Source: Candidatus Parcubacteria bacterium (GTDB taxonomy: Bacteria; Patescibacteriota; Minisyncoccia; Phycocordibacterales; CAIZLB01). Taken from it: DNA of 59,014 nucleotides. The notes beneath the pieces were generated by a model. That model did no database searches. It was not told the origin of the DNA and was given only the letters and a program-made list of their open reading frames with translations. The position numbers and the translations under genes are program-made. Positions 44,236 to 54,082 of this stretch are shown here, piece by piece; the stretch's first letter is position 1, and every line of letters begins with the position of its first letter. Location: positions 251,624-310,637 of the forward strand of contig JBDKLC010000005.1 in NCBI GenBank assembly GCA_039795775.1, in the 5' to 3' direction.

Positions 44236-44910
44236 CTACAAGTATATCACAGGAATATTATTCATTTCAGCAATTTTTTTCATTGCTGTTGATGGATTAG
44301 CAGCAAAAGGTTCAGATACTTTGAGAAGAAGTGGAATGTCACTTAAATGATCTGCATATGCACGTGTTTGCTTGATATCAAACCCATGCTCTTCAATAAA
44401 CTTCTTGAGCATATCAACTTTATTTTCTCCATATACAACTTCGTTTGCGAGTTTACCAGTATATTTCCCTTCAAGTACTTCTACTCGTGTGCACACGTAT
44501 GCATCAGCTTGGAAGATAGTAGATACTCGAGAAATAATTGGTTCAATAGCGCCCGAGAGAAGCAGTACATAGTAGCCATCAGCTTTGAGTTGCTTGATGA
44601 GATCGTGAGACTTTGGATAAATACGAGGCTTAATAGATGTGGCGATAAAAGCGTCGAGCACTTGGTCAATCGTTTGAGAATCCTTATCTTTGAAATATGA
44701 AAGTGCATATTCGAGTACGGTTCGAATATCGTGAACGAGGCCTAGTTTGTAGCACACAAACCAGAGATTGAGTCGGAAGAAAAACCATCGGCCGATAAGA
44801 CCTTTTTTAAGAAGAAATTTGATAAGATGTTGTTGGCTTTGGCCTCGAATCAATGTGCCGTCAACGTCTACAATAGCTAATTTTTTATTGTTCATCATGG
44901 TTGAGTTCAT
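44236..44910 (-). CDS. HAD-IB family hydrolase (SerB-like)
   Basis: DVDGTL motif I. Start ambiguous (ATGs at 44910, 44898, 44895); overlaps the upstream gene stop. Confidence 0.8.
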   Translation of the reverse strand: MNSTMMNNKKLAIVDVDGTLIRGQSQQHLIKFLLKKGLIGRWFFFRLNLWFVCYKLGLVHDIRTVLEYALSYFKDKDSQTIDQVLDAFIATSIKPRIYPKSHDLIKQLKADGYYVLLLSGAIEPIISRVSTIFQADAYVCTRVEVLEGKYTGKLANEVVYGENKVDMLKKFIEEHGFDIKQTRAYADHLSDIPLLLKVSEPFAANPSTAMKKIAEMNNIPVIYL

Positions 44911-45565
44911 AATGTGGGTATGTTTTACCTGAAAGCACTTCAATCTTTTTCATAACTTTTTCAGTTACAAGCTGACAGATTTGCTTGTCCGTGTGCTTAC
45001 CGTGGTGATCAGAAAAGTGCAATGGTTCACCAACATGAATTTCTACTACTTTATTATACTGCAGCTTGGGAGTTCCGTTTGAGAGCACTGCATATGTGCC
45101 TTTGATTCCAACAGGAATAACCGGCACTCTATGCTCGAGCGTAAACTTCCCTACTCCTGTAAAAGCCTTGAGCATCTCATGCTCATGAGGTGACCGAGTA
45201 CCTTCAGGAAAGATACCGACAAGCATGCCCTTAGCGAGATGCTTTCGTACACTTTCATGAACATCACTTTTGTCATGTACATGTCGTTCTACTTTTATCT
45301 GACCTGTAAATTTCATAAGATGTTTCCATAATTTATGATAGAAGAATTTTTCAGCTGAAAGAAAATGAACATTTCGTGGGGCAACCACACTAAAACAAAG
45401 GAAGTCGAAGAAACTTTGGTGATTGAAAGCGATAATGGCAGGTCCTTTTGTAGGAATATGCTGGATACCTGTAGTTTTTTTTATCCAAATTGTCTTAATA
45501 ATTGGTCTCAAAATAGCTCTGAGAACAAAGTATGTGAAAGCAATAAATTTACTATCTGAATTCAT
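44885..45565 (-). CDS. plsC: 1-acyl-sn-glycerol-3-phosphate acyltransferase (PlsC family)
   Basis: 226 aa. NHQSFFD (HX4D) and FPEGTRS motifs. Confidence 0.85.
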   Translation of the reverse strand: MNSDSKFIAFTYFVLRAILRPIIKTIWIKKTTGIQHIPTKGPAIIAFNHQSFFDFLCFSVVAPRNVHFLSAEKFFYHKLWKHLMKFTGQIKVERHVHDKSDVHESVRKHLAKGMLVGIFPEGTRSPHEHEMLKAFTGVGKFTLEHRVPVIPVGIKGTYAVLSNGTPKLQYNKVVEIHVGEPLHFSDHHGKHTDKQICQLVTEKVMKKIEVLSGKTYPHYELNHDEQ

Positions 45566-45597
45566 ATTGAAAATTAGGCTCGGTAAATAGCGGCTGA

Positions 45598-46377
45598 TTA
45601 CTTTTGAGCGTGAAGTGAGCCTACAACATTATACAGCAACTCAGTACCCGTTTCATATGTAGTGTCTGGGGAGAGCGTGAGTGCATCACCAATGTTTATT
45701 CTCATGCGTACTCGCTTGCCAGTTTCTTTGATTCGTCGAATCGAAAGAGGAAGAATCTGAGCGCCAGTCTTAAGTGCAAGAGCTGCTGCCCCTTTTTTGA
45801 ATTGACCGATAGTATCGTCGTAAATCATCTTACCTTCTGGATACATTACGACTGTGTGATGAAGACCAATAACTTCCTGAGCTTTTTCTAAGTTTTTATC
45901 AATGCCCTGCCCTTGTCGGATAACGAATACACCAAGTAAAAAATACACAAGTGGAATAATTCCTGTCCATGTGAGTACATTGAGAAATCCTTTACTAAAT
46001 CGGAGGACTGCCATAAATCGAAGTGGCATAATTTTTTGTGGGAACGCGCCAAGTGCTACACGGATAATAAACCCATCATAGAAATTGATGTGATTTGAAA
46101 CGATGATAAGCGGCGCAGTGAGTGATGCGATTTTTTCTTTCCCCTTGATGTCGAGAGTATACATTGCCCGGAAAAGGATTGAACAAAGTACCCAAGCGAT
46201 AAATTGACTCAGGTAGAGTGAGTAGCGTGCTGCTGTGTTATAGATATGCGCAAAGAATTCAGCTATTTGTGAAGGCGCATGATCGCGTGGAATATAGGCA
46301 GATGATTGCAAAGCTGCATCTGTTGCGAGTACTTTTTTGGGTTCTTGCTGAGGTTGTAAGGGTGAAACAGGAGTCAT
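45598..46377 (-). CDS. Second lysophospholipid acyltransferase family protein
   Basis: 259 aa. NHINFYD (HX4D) and YPEGKM motifs. Confidence 0.75.
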   Translation of the reverse strand: MTPVSPLQPQQEPKKVLATDAALQSSAYIPRDHAPSQIAEFFAHIYNTAARYSLYLSQFIAWVLCSILFRAMYTLDIKGKEKIASLTAPLIIVSNHINFYDGFIIRVALGAFPQKIMPLRFMAVLRFSKGFLNVLTWTGIIPLVYFLLGVFVIRQGQGIDKNLEKAQEVIGLHHTVVMYPEGKMIYDDTIGQFKKGAAALALKTGAQILPLSIRRIKETGKRVRMRINIGDALTLSPDTTYETGTELLYNVVGSLHAQK

Positions 46378-46447
46378 ACAGTAAATATATTATACTACAG
46401 TTTTGTGTTTTAGACAATAGTAGTATGAATGGCTAGGTAAAGGCTTT

Positions 46448-46918
46448 TTAGAATGTTCGTTTAGAAATATGGAACATTACTCCAAGTGGTAGGAGGAGCG
46501 ATAAGAAGTATCCCATATCTGATCTAAAGAATTTCTCAATTGTTCCTGAAAGATTGTAGATATCTCGTGATGGAAGAATGTGAAGTGAAAGCACAAGTGT
46601 AAGAGCTGTAATTGAAACAGCAAGAAGTACTGCATCTAGAACACCTGATACCCCACCCATGATTGCATCTGCATGTGTGATTCTTCTCATAATGAAGTAA
46701 ATCCCAATAAAAATTAAAACAAAAAGTGCGGCATGAGAAAGAAACACTTCGCTTGAAGTTTTCTTAAAGAAAATGAAATTTTCTGTATAGGGAAACGCTT
46801 TATAGATAACAATTGCAGGATAGAAACTTGAGATGAGACAAAATAGAATGCTGGTACCACGATAGTACGCAAGGAGTGATAAGCAAGCAATGACCGCAAA
46901 AAGTGCAATATTGAACAT
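46448..46918 (-). CDS. Hypothetical four-TM membrane protein (possibly CvpA-like)
   Basis: 156 aa. Hydrophobicity pattern only. Confidence 0.45.
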   Translation of the reverse strand: MFNIALFAVIACLSLLAYYRGTSILFCLISSFYPAIVIYKAFPYTENFIFFKKTSSEVFLSHAALFVLIFIGIYFIMRRITHADAIMGGVSGVLDAVLLAVSITALTLVLSLHILPSRDIYNLSGTIEKFFRSDMGYFLSLLLPLGVMFHISKRTF

Positions 46919-46959
46919 GAAAAGTTACTACTTTATTTTATGAGTAACTTATTATATAC

Positions 46960-48072
46960 CTAAATGCCTTCGTTCTTCAATTCCTCTATCAACTGTTTTG
47001 CTTTTTTAGATAATTTTTTTGGAATATCAATTGTCACTGTGATGATGAGATCTCCTCGTCGGTCTTTGTGTTTGATATCTTGTACAACGCCTTTTCCTCG
47101 CACTCGAAGCATTTCTCCATGAGTAATTCCAGCAGGAATTGTAATTATAAGATCGCCTTCTACTGTTGCGATTGTTCGATCACCTCCAAGAAGTGCATCT
47201 GACAGTTTGAGCTCAAGTGGCATGAGAACGTTGTAGCCTTCTTTTTTAAAATGAGAATCAGGTTTTACATGAACTCGGATATATAAGTCACCGGCAGTTC
47301 CGCCAATGAGAGCTTCTCCCGCACCTGTGAGACGGAGCATTTCACCGTCATTGATACCGGGTGGGATAACGATAACAAACTCTTCTTTCTTTTGAGTTGT
47401 ACCCTGCCCTTTGCATACTTTACACTTTTCTTTAGGAATTTTTCCTGTACCAGCGCAATCTGTACAAGAACGTGTGCTTGAAAAGTTACCAAAAATAGAT
47501 CGGCGTGTTTCATTTACTTGGCCAGCACCGCCACAGGTAGAACAGTTCTTGAAATCTGTACCAGGTTCAGCTCGAGAACCTTTGCAATGATCACAAAGAG
47601 ATGTTTTTGTAACAAAAATCTTTTTGTCAGTACCAAATACTGACTCCTTGAATGTGACTTCAGTATCTACTGCGATGTCAGCTCCTTTCCGAGCTTTCTT
47701 TTTGTTTCCACCACCACCGAAAATGCCACCGAAGATATCTCCGAGGTCGAATTCCATATTTTCTCCTTGACCAAAGCCTCCTTGTCCGAAACCACCAAAG
47801 TTTGAGAAATCGAATCCTTCGAATCCAGCGCCGCCTTGTGCTCCGTACCCACCGCCTCCGTTGAAGGCATTGCTACCAAACTGATCGTATTGAGATCGTT
47901 TTGTGTCATCAGAAAGCACACTGTAAGCTTCGTTTATTTCTTTAAACTTTGCTTCATTACCTGTTCCCTTGTCTGGATGGTATTCGTGAGCAAGCTTTCG
48001 AAATGCTTTTTTGATTTCGTCTTTTGATGCGTTCTTAGAAACGCCGAGTGATTTGTAGTAATCTTTTCCCAT
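46960..48072 (-). CDS. dnaJ: Molecular chaperone DnaJ
   Basis: J domain ([11 protein letters not shown]), G/F region, four CxxCxG zinc repeats. The track ORF starts 4 codons earlier (48084). Confidence 0.9.
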   Translation of the reverse strand: MGKDYYKSLGVSKNASKDEIKKAFRKLAHEYHPDKGTGNEAKFKEINEAYSVLSDDTKRSQYDQFGSNAFNGGGGYGAQGGAGFEGFDFSNFGGFGQGGFGQGENMEFDLGDIFGGIFGGGGNKKKARKGADIAVDTEVTFKESVFGTDKKIFVTKTSLCDHCKGSRAEPGTDFKNCSTCGGAGQVNETRRSIFGNFSSTRSCTDCAGTGKIPKEKCKVCKGQGTTQKKEEFVIVIPPGINDGEMLRLTGAGEALIGGTAGDLYIRVHVKPDSHFKKEGYNVLMPLELKLSDALLGGDRTIATVEGDLIITIPAGITHGEMLRVRGKGVVQDIKHKDRRGDLIITVTIDIPKKLSKKAKQLIEELKNEGI

Positions 48073-48271
48073 ATATAGTTGCATTAGTATAGCATTAACG
48101 GAATTCTCATTGAATTGACGTATGCCATTATTATTGTATGATTAAATTCAAAGGTGATCTTTAACGTTGGTCGGTAAGGATGAATAGGCCGGCATAGCCA
48201 GCTTGCTCATCCTTACTGACTCCTATGAGTAAGAAAGGATCTCAACCGCAACTCGACACTTCACACAACCC

Positions 48272-48682
48272 ATGAAAAGTCTCCGTTTGTTACTCGTGCT
48301 CGGTGGCAGCATTGTCACCTCACTCACTGGGTGCTCAAGCATTCAGCAGCCAAAGCCAGCCGCCACGTGCGTGTTGGACATCCCTCACAACCTCTCGTCT
48401 ATCAGCGAGGGCCCGAGCAAGGCCAATGCCTTCAGCAAGAGCATTCTGTTGCTTGAAGCTGACTTGCCCGAAGTCAAAGATGGCCCGCTGGATATTCGCG
48501 ATCCGCTTCAACCAGAAGCTGAACCGGTAAAGGCTCACAAAAAGCCTCCGCAAAAGATGAAGAAGTCTCCTGCCTCTGAGGAGGTCAAACCTCCCACCGA
48601 GTCAAAGCCAGCTCCGCCTCCACGTCCGAGAAATCGGAGTGATGACCCCGAGCGTGCGATGTATGCGATGGTATCCAATTGA
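48272..48682 (+). CDS. Pro/Lys-rich lipoprotein, GC-rich island, opposite strand between dnaJ and dnaK
   Basis: 136 aa. Signal peptide with lipobox LTGC; low-complexity P/K/E-rich tail. Confidence 0.6.
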   Translation: MKSLRLLLVLGGSIVTSLTGCSSIQQPKPAATCVLDIPHNLSSISEGPSKANAFSKSILLLEADLPEVKDGPLDIRDPLQPEAEPVKAHKKPPQKMKKSPASEEVKPPTESKPAPPPRPRNRSDDPERAMYAMVSN

Positions 48683-48727
48683 GAACCGCGCTTCGTCGCT
48701 TTGCGATCCATTCGCTACTCATAGAAA

Positions 48728-48756
48728 CAGCCCCGGCACTTACGTGTCCGGGGCTG
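48728..48756. terminator. GC-rich hairpin shared by the convergent lipoprotein gene and dnaK
   Basis: cagccccgg / ccggggctg stem with 11-nt loop. Confidence 0.75.
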
Positions 48757-48773
48757 CTTCTGTTCAGATACGC

Positions 48774-50684
48774 TTATTTTGTTTCAGCGTCCCGAACATT
48801 TCCTTCTGCACCTTGTGCTCCTGCATCACCTGATGCTTGAGCTTGGTCGCCCGTAGGATTTGCTCCGGCTGCTCCAGCATTAGCATTTTTCTGGAGAGCT
48901 TCGCCAATCTTTGAGAGTTCTGAAGAAAGTTCTTCTGTTGTCTTTTTGATTGCTTCGATATCTGTACCATCTTTTGCAGTCTTTGCAGCAGCAACTTTTG
49001 TCTCTACTGCTGATACGACATCTGCCGATACTTTATCTTTATTATCTTTCAAGGCTTTTTCAGCTGTGTAGATCATTTGTTCAGATGTATTTCGAACTTC
49101 TACTTCATCTTTCTTCTTCTGATCTTCTGCATTGTGCATTTCAGCATCTTTCTTCATCTTTTCGATATCTTCTGGTGTAAGACCTGAACTTGCTTCGATT
49201 CGGATAGACTGTTCTTTGTTTGAAGCCTTATCTTTTGCTTTTACCTGAAGAATACCGTTGGCATCTACGTCGAATGTTACTTCAACTTGTGGCATACCTC
49301 GTGGAGCTGGTGGAATACCATCAAGGATGAATCGTCCAAGGGACTTGTTGTCTTTTGCCATTGCTCGTTCACCCTGCACAATATGAATTTCTACTGATGT
49401 CTGGTTGTCTGCAGCTGTAGAAAATACTTGTGATCGTGATGTTGGAATTGTTGAGTTCTTATCGACAAGTTTTGTTGATACACCTCCCTGAGTTTCAATA
49501 CCAAGTGAAAGTGGAATAACGTCGAGGAGAAGAATATCTTTTACATCTCCAGCGATAATACCTCCTTGAATAGCAGCACCGAGGGCTACTACTTCGTCTG
49601 GGTTGATTGATTTGTTAGGTTCTCGGCCGAAGAGTTCTTTTACAGCTTGCTGCATTTTTGGCATTCGAGTCTGACCTCCCACGAGAATCACTTCTTCAAT
49701 TTCGTTGATCTTGAATGGTGAAGCTTCGATAGCTCGCTTTGTGATCTGCATAGCTCGTTCGATAAACTCGTCTGTGAGTTCTTCGAGTTTTGCTCGAGTC
49801 ATTTTCATTACGAGGTGCTTTGGACCGTTTGCATCTGAAGTAATGAATGGGATGTTGATTTCAGTTTCAGTTGCTGTAGAGAGCTCAATCTTTGCTTTTT
49901 CAGCAGCTTCGTCGAGTCGCTGAAGAGCGAGTGCATCGCCTCGTACGTCGATACCTGAATCTTTTTTGAATTCATCAGCAATCCAGTTGAGGATTTTCTG
50001 GTCGATGTCTTTACCTCCAAGGTGAGCGTCACCGTCTGTCGCTTTTACTTCTACGATATCAGCACCTACTTCGAGAATTGAGATGTCGAATGTACCGCCT
50101 CCGAAGTCGAATACAGCAATCTTTTCATCCTTCTTTTTGTTGAATCCATAGGCAAGAGCAGCAGCAGTTGGTTCGTTGATGATTCGTTTTACATCAAGAC
50201 CTGCAATTTTGCCGGCGTCTTTTGTGGCCTGTCGCTGGGCATCGTTGAAGTAGGCTGGTACAGTAATGATAGCTTCTGTTACTTTTTCTCCGAGCTTTGC
50301 TTCTGCATCATTCTTGAGCTTGGTAAGAATCATTGCTGAGATTTCTTCTGGAGAATAATCTTTGTCGCCGATTTTTACTTTTACACCGCCATTGTCTGCT
50401 TTGTTAATTTCGAATGGAACAGAAGATTTATCTTTTTGTACTGCTCCTTCGTCATAATTGTGTCCAATAAATCGCTTAATACCAAAGACTGTGTTCTTTG
50501 GGTTTGTAACCGCTTGTCGCTTCGCAAGAAGACCAACAAGTCGTTCACCTGTTTTTGATTGTGCAACGATAGATGGAGTAGTTCGCACGCCCTCTGTGTT
50601 TTCAAGAATTCGTGGTTCCCCTACTTCCATAATCGCAACCGCTGAGTTTGTTGTTCCTAAGTCGATACCAATAATTTTAGCCAT
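48774..50684 (-). CDS. dnaK: Molecular chaperone DnaK (Hsp70)
   Basis: 636 aa. [18 protein letters not shown] and the rest of the Hsp70 signature set. Confidence 0.97.
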   Translation of the reverse strand: MAKIIGIDLGTTNSAVAIMEVGEPRILENTEGVRTTPSIVAQSKTGERLVGLLAKRQAVTNPKNTVFGIKRFIGHNYDEGAVQKDKSSVPFEINKADNGGVKVKIGDKDYSPEEISAMILTKLKNDAEAKLGEKVTEAIITVPAYFNDAQRQATKDAGKIAGLDVKRIINEPTAAALAYGFNKKKDEKIAVFDFGGGTFDISILEVGADIVEVKATDGDAHLGGKDIDQKILNWIADEFKKDSGIDVRGDALALQRLDEAAEKAKIELSTATETEINIPFITSDANGPKHLVMKMTRAKLEELTDEFIERAMQITKRAIEASPFKINEIEEVILVGGQTRMPKMQQAVKELFGREPNKSINPDEVVALGAAIQGGIIAGDVKDILLLDVIPLSLGIETQGGVSTKLVDKNSTIPTSRSQVFSTAADNQTSVEIHIVQGERAMAKDNKSLGRFILDGIPPAPRGMPQVEVTFDVDANGILQVKAKDKASNKEQSIRIEASSGLTPEDIEKMKKDAEMHNAEDQKKKDEVEVRNTSEQMIYTAEKALKDNKDKVSADVVSAVETKVAAAKTAKDGTDIEAIKKTTEELSSELSKIGEALQKNANAGAAGANPTGDQAQASGDAGAQGAEGNVRDAETK

Positions 50685-50751
50685 AGAGCTTAAATATAAA
50701 TTAAATAAATAATAACTATATTCTTATATTTAAATAAGAAATATATGAAAT

Positions 50752-51192
50752 TTATTTAGTATTGGGACCTCGGGTCAATTGAGATGCAAAGAATGATTCT
50801 TGAAGACTGATTTTTGAAAAATAAGGAGAAACAACAACTCTTGTAAGTCGTGCTGATTCAAGAACTGGTGTGGCTGCGTTGAGACTGTATACAGAAAATG
50901 GAAGTGCTACAAATGTGTCTTGCTCTACCGTAGCATCTACGAGAAGTACACCATATGCACTGAGTGCCTGAGCTTTGAGTTTAAGATCTTCAACTTGGTC
51001 TGCTGAAAGGATTTGTACACCAACAACATGAGATGTGTATGAACCGTTGAATCGAAGTCCGAGTACAATCATTCGTGCCAAAAAAACATCACCCTGTCGT
51101 GACAAGTGAATGACTGTTCGTTGATTTGTGTGCTTAATAAGATTCATAGCGTGTATGTGCTGTATTTTAATGATCCCGACCTTACCAGTCAA
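50752..51192 (-). CDS. Hypothetical protein between grpE and dnaK (start may be the ATG at 51147)
   Basis: 146-aa ORF with protein-like composition. No motif recognised. Confidence 0.5.
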   Translation of the reverse strand: MTGKVGIIKIQHIHAMNLIKHTNQRTVIHLSRQGDVFLARMIVLGLRFNGSYTSHVVGVQILSADQVEDLKLKAQALSAYGVLLVDATVEQDTFVALPFSVYSLNAATPVLESARLTRVVVSPYFSKISLQESFFASQLTRGPNTK

Positions 51193-51213
51193 CGGTCTAT
51201 CCTGCCCTATGTG

Positions 51214-51837
51214 TTAAGCCTCAAATACCTTTACAAGAGCAGCTCGGAGAACTTTATCTTTGATTTTGTACCCCTTTTGTAAGACTTCAGCTACAGTGTG
51301 ATCTGCAGATTTGTCATCTGTAGGAACTGCTGCAATTGAATGATGGAGGTTTGGATCAAACGTGTCGCCTACTTTTGTATATGATGTAACTTCATATCTA
51401 CTGAGTACTGACTGAAGTTGTCCGTAAATACCTTCGATACCTGTCCGCCACTCCTTAGAAACACTCTCCCAAGAGGCTGTGTTGGCCGTAGCCATGTCAA
51501 AACTATCAAGTACGGGCAATATGTCTTCTATAACTTTTTGTGTAGCAAACTTGAGATAATCAGCTTTTGATTCTTCATCTCGTTTTCGTGCATTTACGAA
51601 TTCAGCCTTGTCTCGCTGCCAGTTTGTGAGATATGTTTGCTTTTCGTCTACCGCTTGTTTTAAACGGAGTCGGAGCTTTTTTATGACTTCTGCTTGAGAT
51701 GATTCGCCGTCTTCATCTACGACAACATCATCCATGTCTTGATCGTGAGCTGATGTCGCTTCTGTATCTTCAGAAATATCGAATTCAACTCCTTGTTCTT
51801 CACTGTCTTGTGGCTTTTTGTTGAGATCATCTGTCAT
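51214..51837 (-). CDS. grpE: Nucleotide exchange factor GrpE
   Basis: Acidic N-terminus, long helix and C-terminal beta domain (FDPNLHHSIA..GYKIKDKVLRAALVKV). The track ORF begins 18 codons earlier. Confidence 0.85.
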   Translation of the reverse strand: MTDDLNKKPQDSEEQGVEFDISEDTEATSAHDQDMDDVVVDEDGESSQAEVIKKLRLRLKQAVDEKQTYLTNWQRDKAEFVNARKRDEESKADYLKFATQKVIEDILPVLDSFDMATANTASWESVSKEWRTGIEGIYGQLQSVLSRYEVTSYTKVGDTFDPNLHHSIAAVPTDDKSADHTVAEVLQKGYKIKDKVLRAALVKVFEA

Positions 51838-51931
51838 AGTGCTGAAATTGTAGTCATTTCGAAGAAGTTTTGCAAGTCTAAACAAAAACACCCTTGTGGG
51901 GTGCTTTGTTGATATCTGTGAGATATGAAGA

Positions 51932-52342
51932 TTATCGTTTTGACCACTGTGGAGCCTTTCGAGCTTTCTTGAGACCGAATTTTCGTCGTTCTTTTGATCG
52001 CTGATCTCGTGTGAGGAAACCTGCCTTCTTAAGTGGACTTCGGAGGTTTCGATCTACTGTGAGGAGTGCTCGTGAGATAGCATGTCGGAGAGCAATAGCC
52101 TGTCCAGCAATACCACCACCGATGATCTTTGCTGAGACTGCATACTTGCCTTCGATACCAGCTGTCTTGAATGCTTCAAGAGCAGTATTCTGAAGTTCTT
52201 TTGTTTTGAAATAGTCAGCAAGCTCTCGTCCGTTTACGAGGATAGAATGCTTACTTGCAGCTGTAAGACGCACTCGCGCAATTGCGGTTTTTCGTCGTCC
52301 TACTGCCTGGTTGTAATTTGTTTTTTCAGCCATAGTAATCAA
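51932..52342 (-). CDS. rpsI: 30S ribosomal protein S9
   Basis: C-terminal RDQRSKERRKFGLKKARKAPQWSKR signature. Confidence 0.95.
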   Translation of the reverse strand: MITMAEKTNYNQAVGRRKTAIARVRLTAASKHSILVNGRELADYFKTKELQNTALEAFKTAGIEGKYAVSAKIIGGGIAGQAIALRHAISRALLTVDRNLRSPLKKAGFLTRDQRSKERRKFGLKKARKAPQWSKR

Positions 52343-52352
52343 ATAGTAATAA

Positions 52353-52697
52353 TTATTCGGTGATGGTAATTTTTGTCATCATTCGAGCTCGGAGCTTGTT
52401 TGCTGGAAGCATACCGTAGATAGCTCGTTTGAAAGCTTCTCCAATACCTCGTCGTTCAAGAAGATCACCAAGCTTTTCGTCTTTCTGACCACCTGGGTAC
52501 CCAGTGTGAGTTCGGTAAAACTTATCAATCTTCTTCTTTTCAGAAATTTCAAGCTTAGAAGCGTTGATGATTTCAACCTCTACTTCTGGTGCGACATTCT
52601 TTGCGAATTCAGGAGAATCCTTACCCATAAGAAGCTTTGCAGCTTCAGATGCAACTCGTCCTAGTTTTTTGTTTTTTGCGTCAATTACGTGTTTCAT
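52353..52697 (-). CDS. rplM: 50S ribosomal protein L13 (short, 114 aa)
   Basis: KLGRVASEAAKLLMGK, HTGYPGG and GMLPANKL motifs. Upstream of rpsI, as is usual. Confidence 0.9.
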   Translation of the reverse strand: MKHVIDAKNKKLGRVASEAAKLLMGKDSPEFAKNVAPEVEVEIINASKLEISEKKKIDKFYRTHTGYPGGQKDEKLGDLLERRGIGEAFKRAIYGMLPANKLRARMMTKITITE

Positions 52698-52711
52698 ATC
52701 TCTTTTCTTAT

Positions 52712-53062
52712 TTATACGAGTTCAATCGCAGCCATCTTACTACCGTCAGCTTTTCGCTGTGGAAGCTTAATGATTCGAGTATAACCTCCATTTCGATCCA
52801 TGTATTTTGGAGCAATTGTAGAAGCAAGCTTATCAACAATTGGGTTGTTACCCATTCGTGCTGAAGCTACTCGAGTCGATGCCTGAGTCTGATTCTTAGT
52901 AAGAGTGATAAGCTTTTCAGCAAAAGATCGTACTTCTCGCGCTTTAGCGTCAGTAGTAACAATCTTTCCTCGGAGGAAAAGTTCTCGTGCAAGAGATCGA
53001 AGCAACGCTCGTCGCTGATTTCGCTCTCGCTTTAGTTTTCGGTTTGCATTATGGTGTCGCAT
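52712..53062 (-). CDS. rplQ: 50S ribosomal protein L17
   Basis: MRHHNANRKLKRERNQRRALLRSLA signature. Follows rpoA. Confidence 0.95.
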   Translation of the reverse strand: MRHHNANRKLKRERNQRRALLRSLARELFLRGKIVTTDAKAREVRSFAEKLITLTKNQTQASTRVASARMGNNPIVDKLASTIAPKYMDRNGGYTRIIKLPQRKADGSKMAAIELV

Positions 53063-53080
53063 GTCGGTTTCAGTAGGATA

Positions 53081-54058
53081 CTATGATTTTAGAGATAAGC
53101 CAAGTGTTTCGAGAACTTCTTTGATTTCTTCGAGACCTTTTGAGCCAAGACCCTCGATGTCGAGGATATCTTTCTCCTTCTTTCGAATAAGACCCCCAAC
53201 ACTTCGAATGTTTGCATTTACGAGTGCATTCATTGTTCGCTGTGAGAGAGTAAGAGACTCAATCCGTGTTTTGAGGACGTCATCGAGTGCTTCTTTGTTT
53301 GTTTCAGCCATTGAAGCTGTATGTTCATGATCTTCGTGAGAAGCCTGGAGGAGTTCAGCTTCAGTATCTTTGAAGCCAATAATAGCCTTAAGCTGAGTGA
53401 TCATGATTTCGATAGACTTTTCAAAAGCTTCTCGAGGTGTGATTGTACCATCTGTGTGGATGAACATTCGGAGCTTGTTGAAGTCTGTTCGGTCACCAAC
53501 TCGCATCTGTTCTACATCGTAGTTGGCCTGGAGGATAGGTGAAAAAGCAGCATCCATAGTGATTGTACCGATGTCTACTCGTTCTTTCTGGAGCATTTCT
53601 TTAGCAACGTATCCAATGCCCTTTTCTACTGTGATCTCCATTTCGAGTTCAGTATCTTTGTCAGTAATAGTAGCAATGTGAGCTTCTGGGTTAGCGATAG
53701 TAACTTGACCTGGAGCTGTAATGTCGCCAGCTGTTACTTTCTTTGCACCTTTTACCTTGAGAGTAAGTGTCTGAGCTTCATCTGTAGAAACACCGAATCG
53801 GAGTTTCTTAAGATTAAGAAGAATCGCAATAACGTCTTCTTTAACGCCTTCGATAGTAGAGAATTCGTGGTTTACACCAGTAATCTTTACGTTAGTAATA
53901 GCTGCACCAGGGAGAGATGAGAGAATGATTCGTCGAAGTGAGTTTCCGAGAGTGTGACCGTATCCAGGATAAAGACCGTCGATTTCATATCGGCCTTTTG
54001 TCTCAGTTTCTTCAATAACTCGAGGCTTTGATGGCAAAACAATTGATGTATCTGACAT
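53081..54058 (-). CDS. rpoA: DNA-directed RNA polymerase subunit alpha
   Basis: 325 aa. N-terminal dimerisation domain (GYGHTLGNSLRRILLSS-type) and C-terminal HhH domain. Confidence 0.95.
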   Translation of the reverse strand: MSDTSIVLPSKPRVIEETETKGRYEIDGLYPGYGHTLGNSLRRIILSSLPGAAITNVKITGVNHEFSTIEGVKEDVIAILLNLKKLRFGVSTDEAQTLTLKVKGAKKVTAGDITAPGQVTIANPEAHIATITDKDTELEMEITVEKGIGYVAKEMLQKERVDIGTITMDAAFSPILQANYDVEQMRVGDRTDFNKLRMFIHTDGTITPREAFEKSIEIMITQLKAIIGFKDTEAELLQASHEDHEHTASMAETNKEALDDVLKTRIESLTLSQRTMNALVNANIRSVGGLIRKKEKDILDIEGLGSKGLEEIKEVLETLGLSLKS

Positions 54059-54082
54059 ACGTGTTTCTTTAAAAATTAAAAA

